Assembly: GCA_022605425.2 (NCBI GenBank)
Contig: CM061253.1
Span: 310,001-374,000 of the forward strand
DNA from: Hamiltosporidium tvaerminnensis FI-OER-3-3
Taxonomy: Eukaryota; Fungi; Microsporidia
Direction of reading: 5' to 3'
Length of the DNA stretch: 64,000 nt
Position 1 is the first letter of the stretch. Every line of letters begins with the position of its first letter. Below, piece by piece: positions 42,824 through 54,306 of this stretch. Under the pieces are notes generated by a model. That model had not been told where the DNA came from. It made no database searches and was given only the letters and a program-made list of their open reading frames with translations. The translations under genes and the position numbers were made by a program.

Positions 42824-43181
42824 TTAGTAAAGCTTGAACTTACTAAGAAAAGTTAAAAGGACTTTATTATCATCTTTTTTGTATGGTTTTAATGCCACGC
42901 AGGTTTTTTCGTTGTCTTCTGTCCAACAGTAGAATAAAAAATTGTTTTTGGTAAAAAAAATTATGGATTCTTCTATGTCTTTGATGTTACACTAATTAGG
43001 AATAAAATACCTTTAAAATAACTTTTGTCATGTTATTTAAGTCGGAAATATAGAGTTGGTTATCTAAATCGTTTTTATACGTTATTATAGCGGATACTGA
43101 AGCATGACATGCTTGGGCTATAAGTGCACCTTTGGAAAAGTTTTTAAGATCATTTCTAAGCAAAATATATTGTGTTATCAT
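42824..43181 (-). CDS. PTRHD1: PTH2-family peptidyl-tRNA hydrolase, PTRHD1-like, 112 aa, two exons (43181-43011 and 42991-42824)
   Basis: Spliced product MITQYILLRNDLKNFSKGALIAQACHASVSAIITYKNDLDNQLYISDLNNMTKVILK|CNIKDIEESIIFFTKNNFLFYCWTEDNEKTCVALKPYKKDDNKVLLTFLSKFKLY*. It has the PTRHD1-type motifs QY..LR.DL, GAL.AQACHA, M.KV.L, W.E...TC.AL.PY and K(F/L).L. Confidence 0.93.
42992..43010 (-). other. 19-nt spliceosomal intron GTATTTTATTCCTAATTAG (phase 0)
   Basis: GTA donor and a branch-like CTAAT abutting the TAG acceptor. It contains a stop in the exon-1 frame (TAA) and a stop in the exon-2 frame (TAG). Removing it gives a complete, apparently gap-free family member. Confidence 0.85.
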
Positions 43182-43205
43182 TTGTAAGAGGAGGGGGAGA
43201 GGTGA
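43182..43205 (-). promoter_or_regulatory. CCC-like motif upstream of the PTRHD1-like ATG
   Basis: Minus strand reads TCACCTCTCCCCCTCCTCTTACAA-ATG, preceded by an A/T-rich tract. This is typical microsporidian start context. Confidence 0.65.
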
Positions 43206-43949
43206 TAAAAAGGAAATTCTATTTAAAAAGAATAAAATATTAAAAGATTTAATATATGGAAAATAAAATATTAAAGGGAAAATATCTAAAGGAACAGAAA
43301 ATTTTTCTACTTTAGTTAGAAATGATTCTCATTGTTTGAAGTTTCTTCGTAAACATGGGATAATTAATAATATATATTTTTTTAAATCATTAACTTGTAT
43401 TTCGATTATAATACTTTCAATCAAATATGAAATATTTAGTAAATTATTCAGAAAACTTGATGATTGTCTTTAACTATTTTTAATTACTCTGTTTTGGAAA
43501 ATTCGTTTAAAATTAATTTGTTAACGTTCTGGAAAATTCAGAAAATTCCTAATTTGAACAATAATTATAAATATTTATATGAGTAGATAGAGAACCAACA
43601 CAAACTCGATCTAAAGCTTAATTATGTATAAGTTATTTACTAATTAATGAAAGTAAAGCTAGACTCAACGATCGAACCTACCTAAAATAAATATCTTAAA
43701 CTTAAAACGTTATTATTGTGAAGTCCTGCAATAATCGAAGCTATTACAGCCGGTTTTTCCATTCAAAAACAAATTAAACAAAGAGAAATCTATAAATTTA
43801 AGTGCATTTTTTATCCCTAAACTTTCCTATAATGAGAGGATTCTGGATTTTTACGTTGATATTTTTTGGATGAGAAAAAAGACGTTTTATTTTTAAAGGG
43901 TTAAAATTTCTATCAAAAAAATTGATTGTGAAAATATGGAATTGTAAAG

Positions 43950-45130
43950 TTTAAAAAACTCAGAGATTTCGAGAAATTTAGCTTCAAATATGATTTGCAA
44001 TCAGAAAAGATGGTTTTTAGATTGAACAGTGATTTATACATCTAAAATGGTAAGACATTTATGACAGATGTTTAAACATCATAAAATAAGTTTTAGCGGA
44101 TAATAATAACATAGTGAAAGATGCTGTTTTCCTATATAGATCTTCCTGTCCATATTGGCATGAAAGTAATGCTCTATGAGATCATATGAAAATGCTGCGA
44201 GAATAAGCGAGTACAAACAGGATCACTCTTAAACGTGCCACTATTACCAATCGAGTATAGTGGGTATGCGATTCCGACAGAAATTGCCAATGCTTCATGG
44301 GAAAAAACAGATAAATGTTATTGATAAGCGAAAAGACCTTGTAGATAAGACAGCTTTGGATAGATCTTACGTGTGATTGATGATTATAAGAGTTATTGCC
44401 TGCTACTCTTGGAAAAAAGGTCAGCAAGCGGTTTTTTTGATACCCTTTAAAATAATATTTACCCAGGTGGTCGCCTAGCACCTTACAAACATATAATCGA
44501 AAAGAGTTTTTAGACAAAAGAATAACAAAATATGCCGAATAAAATATTTGTTTTATTGACTGGAAAGAAAGTAACTCACAAAATATAGAAAGAGTTGAAA
44601 GATACAATCATGTAATTCTAAACATGATAACGTAAAACGCAGAAAATCTTACTCAAAAAGATGGAAAATTCATACAAGAAAATCGTGCTTGGCAACAATC
44701 AGATTTTGTAGAGCAATTAAAATATTGCCTCTGTTGGGGTTTAGGAATTCTAAAGTCAATAATACTATTAAATACGAGTAATATTAAGTTATAATTAATT
44801 TTTGTAGCTCTGAAATAAAATAATATTCTAAAAACACTGTTAAAAGCATCGATATATTATTTTATCTTTATGAAGTGAATGCCTGTTATAGAATCTTATA
44901 AAATTGTAGCCTGCCAACTGTATCACTTAAATATCGAGACAATTACGTGTCTCGTATGAAAAATAATACGGAAGCATATTGTTTTTTTAAAATGGTAATC
45001 CAGGCGATGTGTTTCACAAAGAGATTTCGGAACCAATCAAAAGACGAACTAAAACAAAGGGGTGTAGTTTTAGGCAGACAAGCTTCAAAAAATTGTTGCT
45101 GAAAGTGGGAGTGATAGTTTTTTATTCTAA
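43950..45130 (+). pseudogene. Second rve integrase/transposase relic (Ginger2/KRBA2-like)
   Basis: Motifs in order: HIGMK, DLVD (44335-46), SPSTLQTYNRKEF (44471-509, cf. P..LQTDNGKEF) and SQNIERVERYN (44576-608, cf. SQG.VER.N). Multiple stops and frameshifts; ends approximate. Confidence 0.65.
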
Positions 45131-46441
45131 GGCGATGGACGAAGAAATAATTTACCAAAATTACGTTAAGTGATTTTGTTTTTATCAATTATATCAACTT
45201 GACGACAAATGAATGAAAAAATCTCATTAGTTAACATCAGCCGTTTATATTTTTAAGCGTAGTATTTTCATTGTTGTTTTCTTTTAAATCTCTTATTGAT
45301 TATTTTCTTGTATTTCAGCTTTTTTACATTTCTCGAAATAAAATTTTAAAAAATAAATAAATAAATATTAATCGAATAAAAACAGGTTCAAGAAAAGCAC
45401 TGGCTTGAATAAATGAATTTGGCTTATAAGATTGATGAATATTTTATCTATAGAGCTTATTTTAATTCTCTTGTTGTGATTATGAAATAGACAATGACCA
45501 TATAATGAGTTTGACAAACATCTTTTTTTTATGATTATTGATGGTTTTATACCACCTGGCTTTGTTTTGTTAGAATTTTTCTAACTTCTTAGGTAGTTGT
45601 TCATGCTGTAACGCCAAGTAAGTCTATTTAGATTTTAAATTACTTGTAATTATAAATAGAAAGTAATTCTTTTTGTAGAATATTATCAAAAAACTTCATA
45701 TGATTTTCGATTAAAACTGTCTCCTTTTTGGCCAGATATTTTATTAATTCGAATATAAGACCAAGAAAGACATCTATTTATGATAAAATGAAATTCATGT
45801 TTTATCAATTGTATAAAATCGCAAATATCGCAGTTGGGAAAAATCATTTATTAAATTATATTCAAAAGAAATAAAAAAAATTGGGGTATTTTGCCTCTAA
45901 CGTATACTAAACCTAGGTTAAATTTATAAAATTCTATAATTATGAAAGATTCAAGAAATATATTTTATTGGTCAAGATTGATTATTTATAAACTTACAAT
46001 AATTATAACAATAAGAATGCCAATTTTAAATTAAATTCGAATTAATAATATTGTTTGATTGTTTAATTTAAGTTGAAATTTAAAATTAACCTAGAATAAT
46101 CTAGCGAAATTTTTGACTTACAGCTGCTAAAATTATTTTTTTATCTTTTACTAACTGTTAAGTCTCTAGAAACGAACTTTTTATTTCAAAAAAATTTAAA
46201 CATGTATATTAAACATAGTAAGATGAACATAATTTAGATTTAATTTGTTATGTTCTTTTGACATTCTTCGTTGATAAAAATACCTTAGTATTTAAAGTAG
46301 GTTTCGATTTAATACAAAGCAGTTAGAATAAATATATATGATAAGAAAAATCAAGACATTTGTGTTATTCGATATTACCGAAATGATGAGCTAAATTCCG
46401 AAAATAAATGGAATAAATAGAATTAGTTTCATTTTATTTGG

Positions 46442-47155
46442 TAAAGTGAGAACAATCAGAATAAAACCTTTCTACTTGTCAATCAATATAGGAAGTTAAG
46501 GCTATTAAATCATTGTTTAGATTTCTGATGGGAATAAAACACACTACATTTTCGGTTGCTCCATGGGTTTTTCTAAGAAGAGGAAAAGTTGTATAACATG
46601 CCGACATTTTTTATATAAATTTATTTTTAATTTTTTGTGTAACCAGATTATAAACATCAGTTATACTTGTAATTAATTGCCATTAAAAGGCATAGAAACA
46701 TAGCTTTGCTCACTCGACTAAAAGACTTGGCGCCTGAGAGATATAGAAAATATAAATTGTCAAATCCGGGAATTCTAAGTAGCAGCTTATGCCTTTTGAT
46801 ATGACATTGCATATCTAAGGAAGCCTTATGCAGGTCTCTGAAATATTTCTTAGCTAGAAGTTTAGTGGTCTCAGTAAGTGTAGAGTAAGTGGGAATGCTG
46901 TATAGTCTTGAAGTAACCCAGAATAAGCTTCGGCCTTTGATCAAGCTCCATGCAACGGACATTAAGAACCCCGAGCAACTGCTTCGCCTATTGAATAGGT
47001 TCTGCACAGTTTTGGTATGAAATCTTTAAAATTTAGGTATCTTAGGAAATAGTCATCGTGTGTTAGGGTGCAGTTAGATCTAAAACCTAGACCTGAGTTT
47101 ATTTCATAAAGATAAAAATAGCTTATCCCATTGTTTTTCAAGGATTTTTAATTTC
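46442..47155 (+). mobile_element. ~735-bp retroposon-like repeat, copy 4 (diverged)
   Basis: Colinear blocks ATCATTGTTTAGATTT, ACACTACAT.TTCGGTTG, TTGCTCACTCG, GACTTGGCGCCTG, TCTCTGAAATAT.TCTTAGCTAGAAGTTTA, AAGTGTAGAGTAAGTGGGAATGCTG and CTCCATGCAACGGACATTAA. Confidence 0.88.
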
Positions 47156-47499
47156 CAAATTAATCTATTCATTTTATTTATCTCTGTCTTTCGGTTTTTT
47201 TGAATATTTTTTAAATATGCTGAAATAAATTGATTTTGCATTAGTATTTTTTTACAAAAAATTATAATTCTTAGGATAATTTATCTAGAGAAATAAAAAA
47301 TGGGCTTTTATCTAATATATTTTTTTTAGTCTAAAATTACATTGTACATATTTTTTTGTAAATATTTTGTTCACCCTGGGTAAAGTTCCACTTAGCTCGT
47401 TTGTATCTTCATATAAACTTTGGATCATTTGGGTTTTACATTCTCGAAAATTCAACATAAAGATAATTGCTAATAAAAAGAAATTTGGTAAAAAAAAAT

Positions 47500-49700
47500 A
47501 CATATCTTTCTAATATTTGACACCCGACCCTACATATTGTTAAAGTGAAACTTACCTCGACTGTGCATTTTCTTCGTTTAAGCTAGAACAAGGGAACTGG
47601 TCCTTATTTCAAATCGATTTTCGGAGGAAATATATAGTCTTATTTATGCAGCAATCTGTCAAAGATTTTGTTATGATAAAATTCGGCTTCATGTTGCATA
47701 TTATTGGCATAGTGCTTTAAATAAAATCATTTTCGTTATTCAAAATTCTAGGAAGTATGATATAACGTTTTTCCTATAATTTGGAGCGTGAAAAGGTGTT
47801 CCGAAGATTATGAAGCTGTTTAAGGATTCAATGGGCGATCACATCCTCGGTATCATCAGTAATGAGACTATCTGAACTGTAATAAGTTTTTCCTTCGCTT
47901 CAATAATAACCAGTATAGTGCGACTGCTTTTATTCCTTCTATATTTACTTAGCCTTAAACTACTTTTTCGACTGGTTACATTGGGTTTTTTCAAATTAAA
48001 CTTAACCAAAAGTATCAATTCTGTATCTTAAGAATATAAATGAGATAAGATTTTCATCAAACCTTCGTCAAAATAAGCTCTTTCATAAATTGATTTTGCT
48101 AACTTTGCTGAGTTATTCCTTATGCTCGTTTTCCTATCTTTTTGCAATAATTTTATAATATTTTCAACTTCTCTCATAAACTGCAAAGCCTCAAGCGTAA
48201 AGAACTTTCGTTGAAATATAAGCTCTAGGCACCAGGAATAAAGGTAGCTATGATCTATTTACACTCGAAATGGTCTTTTTCGACAAACATACGTTTGCAT
48301 TCTTTATTGGAAACATAGATAAACTATATGGGTCGTAAGCCAAAAGAAGGGTCCATGTTGTCATTATTTCACACAATAAAAAAATATTCATCGATATCTC
48401 GTCTTAATTGGTTTGTTTCATTCTACGTGTGAATATTCAATTAGAATCACTAGAATTTTATATTTAACTAGCTATTCTTCTTTTATGAAAATGATTGTTG
48501 CTACTCCCGTTAAGATGGAAAAAACAGCAATTCTTAAATTTCGTTAAATGCACAAAACAGTTTAAAAATATTTGTTTTCCGACTTCCTTTTAGACCAACA
48601 AAAAAACATCTTAATTCTGTAAAGCTGTTGTTTATTGAGTTCATAATTTAATCGAAATCAATCTATTGGTCTTCAGTATGTTTTCTTTGTTGTAAATTTT
48701 TTTTTCTTTCTCAACTACACGCAGAGCTAAGAATATTAAGTGCCATTCTGTTTTCTAAATGCCGAAGACCTGATAATTTGGTATTCAAAATTGAATTATT
48801 TTTCGCAAATTGATAATTAACACATAATTCACAAATTTTTCGATGGCATGTCCGTAAAAGAAAAAAAACTGTATCATATTGTATTTGAAGTTTGTAATTT
48901 TATGAAAGTTTTTTTATCGTCGATATAAAAATATATAGGCCAATAAGTTCTTTTCCGGTTTTTAATTGCGTCGGAATGATTAAAGATCTTGCCCGAATCG
49001 TTTACATTTTTCATAATACTTTTTTCGCTGGCTGCGTAAGAATAAGTATTGTGGGTTTTTCCGTTTACAGTTCTAAAACATTTAATTGAAATAGAACCTG
49101 AGGCCTCGTACATAAGAAGTTTTGAAGAATACAATCTCGAACATATATTTTGCAGGAATATTCTTCTGATACAATTCTTATGTATCAAGATTGAGGTATC
49201 TAAGTGTAGATTCCGGTGACAAGGTTCTCATATATCTGTAATATTACTATAAAACTACAGTGTGTTTTGATATTAAGTTTAAACCAAGCTGTTGGGCTGT
49301 TTTCTTTATTTATACTGATAATCATTTTTATTTATCTTCATCTGGTTGAAATAATATTCTTTATTTTTCTTCTAGATAAACTTGCGGTTTTCTAAAAGAA
49401 GGGCTTTGTTTTTGGGGAAAAAATTGAAATTTCGCAAACTACTGCGTGGGAACTTACACATAATGAATCTCTATTGGTTTCAATTTCACAGAGTTACAAC
49501 CGATATTGGCTCTGGCAAGATCCTTGTAAGCATAACTAAATTGGTGGTTCGACTATGAATGAAGCTCTATGTCAAAATTTACTAGACTTTTATATTTTTA
49601 AGAAAGATATGGCTTGTTAGAGACGAACCAACTATTATCAATCTAATTCTTTCTAGCTTTAAATTGCTCTGTTTTCTGTCATCGATAAAGAGAAGACAGT
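47500..49700 (-). pseudogene. Heavily decayed DDE transposase relic (possibly Sola2-like)
   Basis: Minus-strand fragments QFAKNNS...GLRHLENRMA (cf. DFAENYS...Q..HW.N.Q) near 48740-48815 and IATFIPGA (cf. IPGTRS.H) near 48220-48255. GC is raised relative to the flanks. Family assignment is tentative. Confidence 0.35.
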
Positions 49701-51830
49701 TATAGCATTGCTCTTACAACAATATATTTATACGAAAAGAGTTACTAGAATAGCCACGAAAAAGAATATAACAGAAGAACAAAGGAGAAACTTAAGCCCG
49801 AAATAGAAGAAAAATAATTAAAGACTACGTTTTGATTCCTATAATAATCTAATTGGTTTTAATACAGGAATTCTGTGTAGAAAAGCGATACACTTGTTGA
49901 AGAAGTGCTTTAAACTTGGCTGCTTTGCATAGAAATAACCACGGTCTATGTATAAGGATTATTTCGTGGAATTTCTTTGTAAATATATAGTAGATTTATT
50001 CTACATTATACAGTTAAGTTGACGAAACAAACGTGTGTTATGAATTATACTTTAAATATTATATTATTTAACCGATAGGTGTTTTTTATATCTGTATATG
50101 GGGCTGAGATTCTTTTTATCCATTTTCGAGGTTTGTTTGCTATATTCTTCTAATATTAGAAAGATATGAGCATGCAGTATATTTCTTTGTCGAATTCCTG
50201 GCTATAGCAATATACTTTAACTATTCTAAAAATTTTTTTGTGCTATGTAATTGATTGCCACTTTTTTTTTCAAATAATCTGGTACGCTGCAGATTCATGA
50301 TCGCTTTCTTTTATTTCGATCTATATTCAAACATACTTCTGTAATTGGTCATTTATAGGGTTTGCAATAAATAAATCGTAATTTTCTTGCTTTCTAACAA
50401 CTTCCATTTGATCCGATACGTTTTCTACGTGTTTCGAGGGCTATCTAAAAAAATTGAGAGCGAATTATTAATTTCCTTCAAAAAGCTATATCTAGCATCG
50501 TTTTAAAAATTTTTAGACAAGTATTATGTTTTTGGCTCCGTTGATGACCACTGTTTCGATTCAACTTATTGAATTCTATTATAAATTAAGCATGTATACC
50601 ATACTGTTGAGTCGATTTTTATGCTTTCACAAAGATATTTCATTATCTATATAACGTAATTAATTTAAATACTGTCGTATTTATTTTGCCCCCTCCTATA
50701 AAAAATAAAAAAAGCTAAAATGAAATGACATTTTCTCGGACTTAAACGAATATTTCACATGTAAAATTCAAATTTAACAAATTCTACCGTTTTAATTGGA
50801 TTTTCATAATATATATTCTCGGTTTTAGAAAAATTTCTTATTAAAAATGTAGTTTATATTTTGTTGTTATTTTATTCCGTTCCCCTCTTGTTCACATTAC
50901 ATTTCCTAGTTAAGTTGCATAAAATGAGCTAAAAACCCGTTAATTAAAACCTCAAAAAAATATTTTGTTGAAGCTCTTCAGTTTTAAGTTTATATTAGTA
51001 ACTTAGGTCCTATTTTCTTTATATTTATAAATTTTCATATTTTTGGATTTTACATAAAAATAAAAAAGAGTGCATCATATTTAAAGGAAAAGTAAAAGAA
51101 ACCATGGAGAAGAGAATTATATAAAAAAATAGATATAACAAGGATACGTTCGAATTCAAAATTTTTTTATTTTTTTTATTTGGTGATACTTTTTTTTAAT
51201 TTGATTTTTCTGATATTTTTTAAATTATTTTTTTTTCAATTTTTTACATTTTCTTTTTTTTTTCTTTTAAGTAGTTTTAAATGAAAAACATTCATTTGTT
51301 CATCCGCTACACAGAGGTAAAAATGGAATGGAATAGGTATGTGTGTAAGTTAAATTAGTTTCAATATATTTTTTTAAATTTTTTTTAATTCTTTCAAAAA
51401 TTTCTTACGTTTAAAATTGTCTTATTTAAATAAAATCCTTTAATTTACCACGAAATAATTATTTTCTCGGTAAACAGTCGTTTTCCGCTAAAAAAAGCAT
51501 AAGTACGAATTTTTTTCAGACCTCATCCGATTTAGCAGATGTGATGATGTGCTGAATTTTACTTTGGCCAGTGAAAATTCAGAAGGGAAGGAACAGAATT
51601 GGGGAGGGGAGTCAATACGATATACGCTAACTAATATTGTTCTATCGAAACGCTTTTAAGTGTGATTGATTCTTAATTATCTCCATTTTGTTTAATAGTT
51701 TCCTTCCTACGGATGGAACAGAATCCAAGAATTAATCATAGCTATACCAAGTTTAGGCGTTCCAAAGATATTTTTTCTTTTGATTGCTTAGATTGCCAGC
51801 TCAACGCAAACTTTCTCTATGAATGATAAA

Positions 51831-51905
51831 GAGGGTACGAACCTAGGTCCGCACCCAGCCTTTCGGAAACAAATTCTGAAATTCTCATCACTAGACCATT
51901 GGCAC
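51831..51905 (-). repeat. tRNA-like head (pol III A/B boxes), probable decayed SINE or tRNA pseudogene
   Basis: Minus strand GTGCCAATGGTCTAGTGATGAGAAT...GACCTAGGTTCGTACCCTC has an A-box (TGGTCTAGTG) and a B-box (GGTTCGTACC). The acceptor stem does not pair, so it is not a functional tRNA. Confidence 0.5.
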
Positions 51906-54306
51906 ACAACTTTAATTTGAGCTTTTGCTATTAGCTCTCCCGAATTCTTTCCAAACGAGAAAAGGATATAAGGAAAAACATCATGCGTTCTGTGTCTGTG
52001 GTATATACGGCGTGCTTCGAATATGGAAAATCTCCGGGCTCGTATGCGACTTTAATTGAATAAATATAAGCTTATCTAGTAAGCAAAGACCATTGCGTTA
52101 TGCTTCGGAGTTTGGTATTGTATATTCTAGATCGGTTTAAATGAGAAAACATTATGAAATCTCATTTTAGAATCGATTTGAATCAGAAAATTTTGTTCTT
52201 TTTTACTTCATACATCTTGTATCGAAATACGTTCAATAAAATGGGTTTCATGAAATGTGGAATCTGTTTCCGTTATTTTCGCGACGAATTATATTTTCAA
52301 GTATGTTTATCTGCTCATTATTTGCCACATATTCATCTAGAACATATAGTTTGGACTATTATCAGCAATTTCCTCCAATTAAAAGCGTTTAAAATTTGAT
52401 AAAATTATCTCTGAATTTCTTAAAAAACAATGAATCGAATTCTTACAAAATTAATATTACCACATGTGGAGGTGAACTCAAAGTATTGTTATAAAATCAT
52501 GTTTCGTCTAATAATTCTTTAAATCTGCATCTTTTTTTAGAATATTTTTATTTCTTCGTTTGCTTAATCTGCTGTAATTTTATAAATTCTGATAAAACAT
52601 ATATTAAATAATTCTGATACTTTTTTCCTACAGTAAAATATTATTTAAGACTTTTATTGAGTTTATCTATATTGCCAAGATTATGTTTTCCTTTTGTTTT
52701 CAATTATTTTCTAATCATTTCTATGCAATACAAATTTATATTTCTGTTTTACATCATTTCCCATAAAGTATATGAAATTTTGATTTTCCTAAATTTTAAG
52801 CGTTGGAGAATTCCATAGTCTAGTTGTTCCTTAATACTCTAATCTTAACAGATCCGAAATCATCCTTTTTAAATCTATTCGATTGGCAAATTTTAATTCG
52901 TTTTGGTTTATTATTTAATTTGCTACCTACATTTTCCTTATAAATTCATTAATTCTGTTTTCTATATTTCCTTAAGACCTCTGTAGTTTTTTGTAGCAGA
53001 AAACCGTTCTTTAGATTACGTGATGTATCAGCTAATGAGGTTACTACGAAATGACTATTTCTTTTAAAGTAACATTTGTTTTACTAATCTAAATATTTCA
53101 TAATATTATTAAAAACAAAAAATGTTTAATCAATTTATATATATTCTTTATAAGAACAAACTAAATATTAATTTACTGATTAACTATAATATCAAATATT
53201 TTTTTCTCACTGCAAGGCGTATAATAAATTTTATTTGCTGTTAAATCATTTTTCTATGTTTAGACTTCTTTAAATTTGATTGTTAGGTTTTTGATAGACT
53301 TTTGCCGTAATTTTCGAGAAGTCAGCTAAGTTTGAAGTACGCCTCTAACAAGGAGATCATCTTCCTGCTCACCATTCCTCTGTTATTGTATAAATAATTG
53401 TTTTTATAAGTAGTATAATCGTCTGTAATAATTTTATTCATCTTGGCAACACCCCTCCGTTTTATTATAAAATATAACGTAAAAACATTAGATTTTTGTG
53501 ATATAAATTCAAAAATATGCTTAATTTTATCGATTTCTATTCCAAACAAAGGCTTTGTTTATAATAATTTCGTTGATACCTCGATTTCATTTATTTTACA
53601 TTTTTTTGATCAATAAATGCTACTCTTTGGTATGTATTGTACTTTTGGTATGCCTCATTCGATCATCTGAATTACATTTTTATCTGTTTTTTAGAGAGGC
53701 ATTATCATTTTCTTACATCTCAAAAACTTTTCTTTGATGAAAGCAAATAAGTTAGATTTTTTTAAGACGTAATTATAGTCATATATGCTTATTTACAAGC
53801 TTTAAATACATATTCTTTTTTTGTCATACAATTTTTTATGCATATATCAATACTTTAAATTATCGTTAAAAATATTTAAATAAATATTTTATTAGAATTA
53901 AGAAAATCATATCGAGAGGGAAATAATCTATATAAAAATGCTATTATTATGATTTAGTACAATCTATAAGAAATTTAACAATGTTTTTTTCAATATTTTT
54001 TAAAGATTAAATTTCGAGATGTGTCGAGTTTTACTTTTAAAAATTTTTATTGGCTGTGTTTGATCTTTACACAAATTAAATAAATGTGACGAATAATAAT
54101 TGAAAGACAATTATTTTAGTGTCACAGATTTGTTCGAACCAATTAAACTTTCTGAAAGGCATCATTTTTGTATAAATCTGGCACTGTAATCAATTATATA
54201 ACAGACAAGATTTAAATAGACGTCAAGATGTCAATTTTGAATTAAATTTAAATCAGTGATATTTGATGTGTTTTTTTTATTTAAACTAAAATCCTTGAAT
54301 TTTCTA

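Noticed and set aside
42996-43181. 61-aa ORF taken as a complete or truncated gene
   Set aside because: It is exon 1 plus read-through into the intron. The family C-terminus continues in another frame after the 19-nt intron.
44182-44607. 141-aa minus-strand ORF
   Set aside because: It is antisense to the plus-strand integrase relic and has no recognisable motif.
51446-51526. Minus-strand ATG with a second 19-nt GT-AG segment (GTACTTATGCTTTTTTTAG, 51488-51506)
   Set aside because: No branch-point TAA near the acceptor, and splicing gives only a 20-aa peptide with no recognisable homology. Likely chance.
51500-51590. GAGGTCTGA / GATTTAGCA as RNase P CR-I, U3 box D or U6/U4 motifs
   Set aside because: The partner elements (CR-V pairing, U3 box A, ACAGAGA at the correct spacing) were not found, so no specific RNA call was made.
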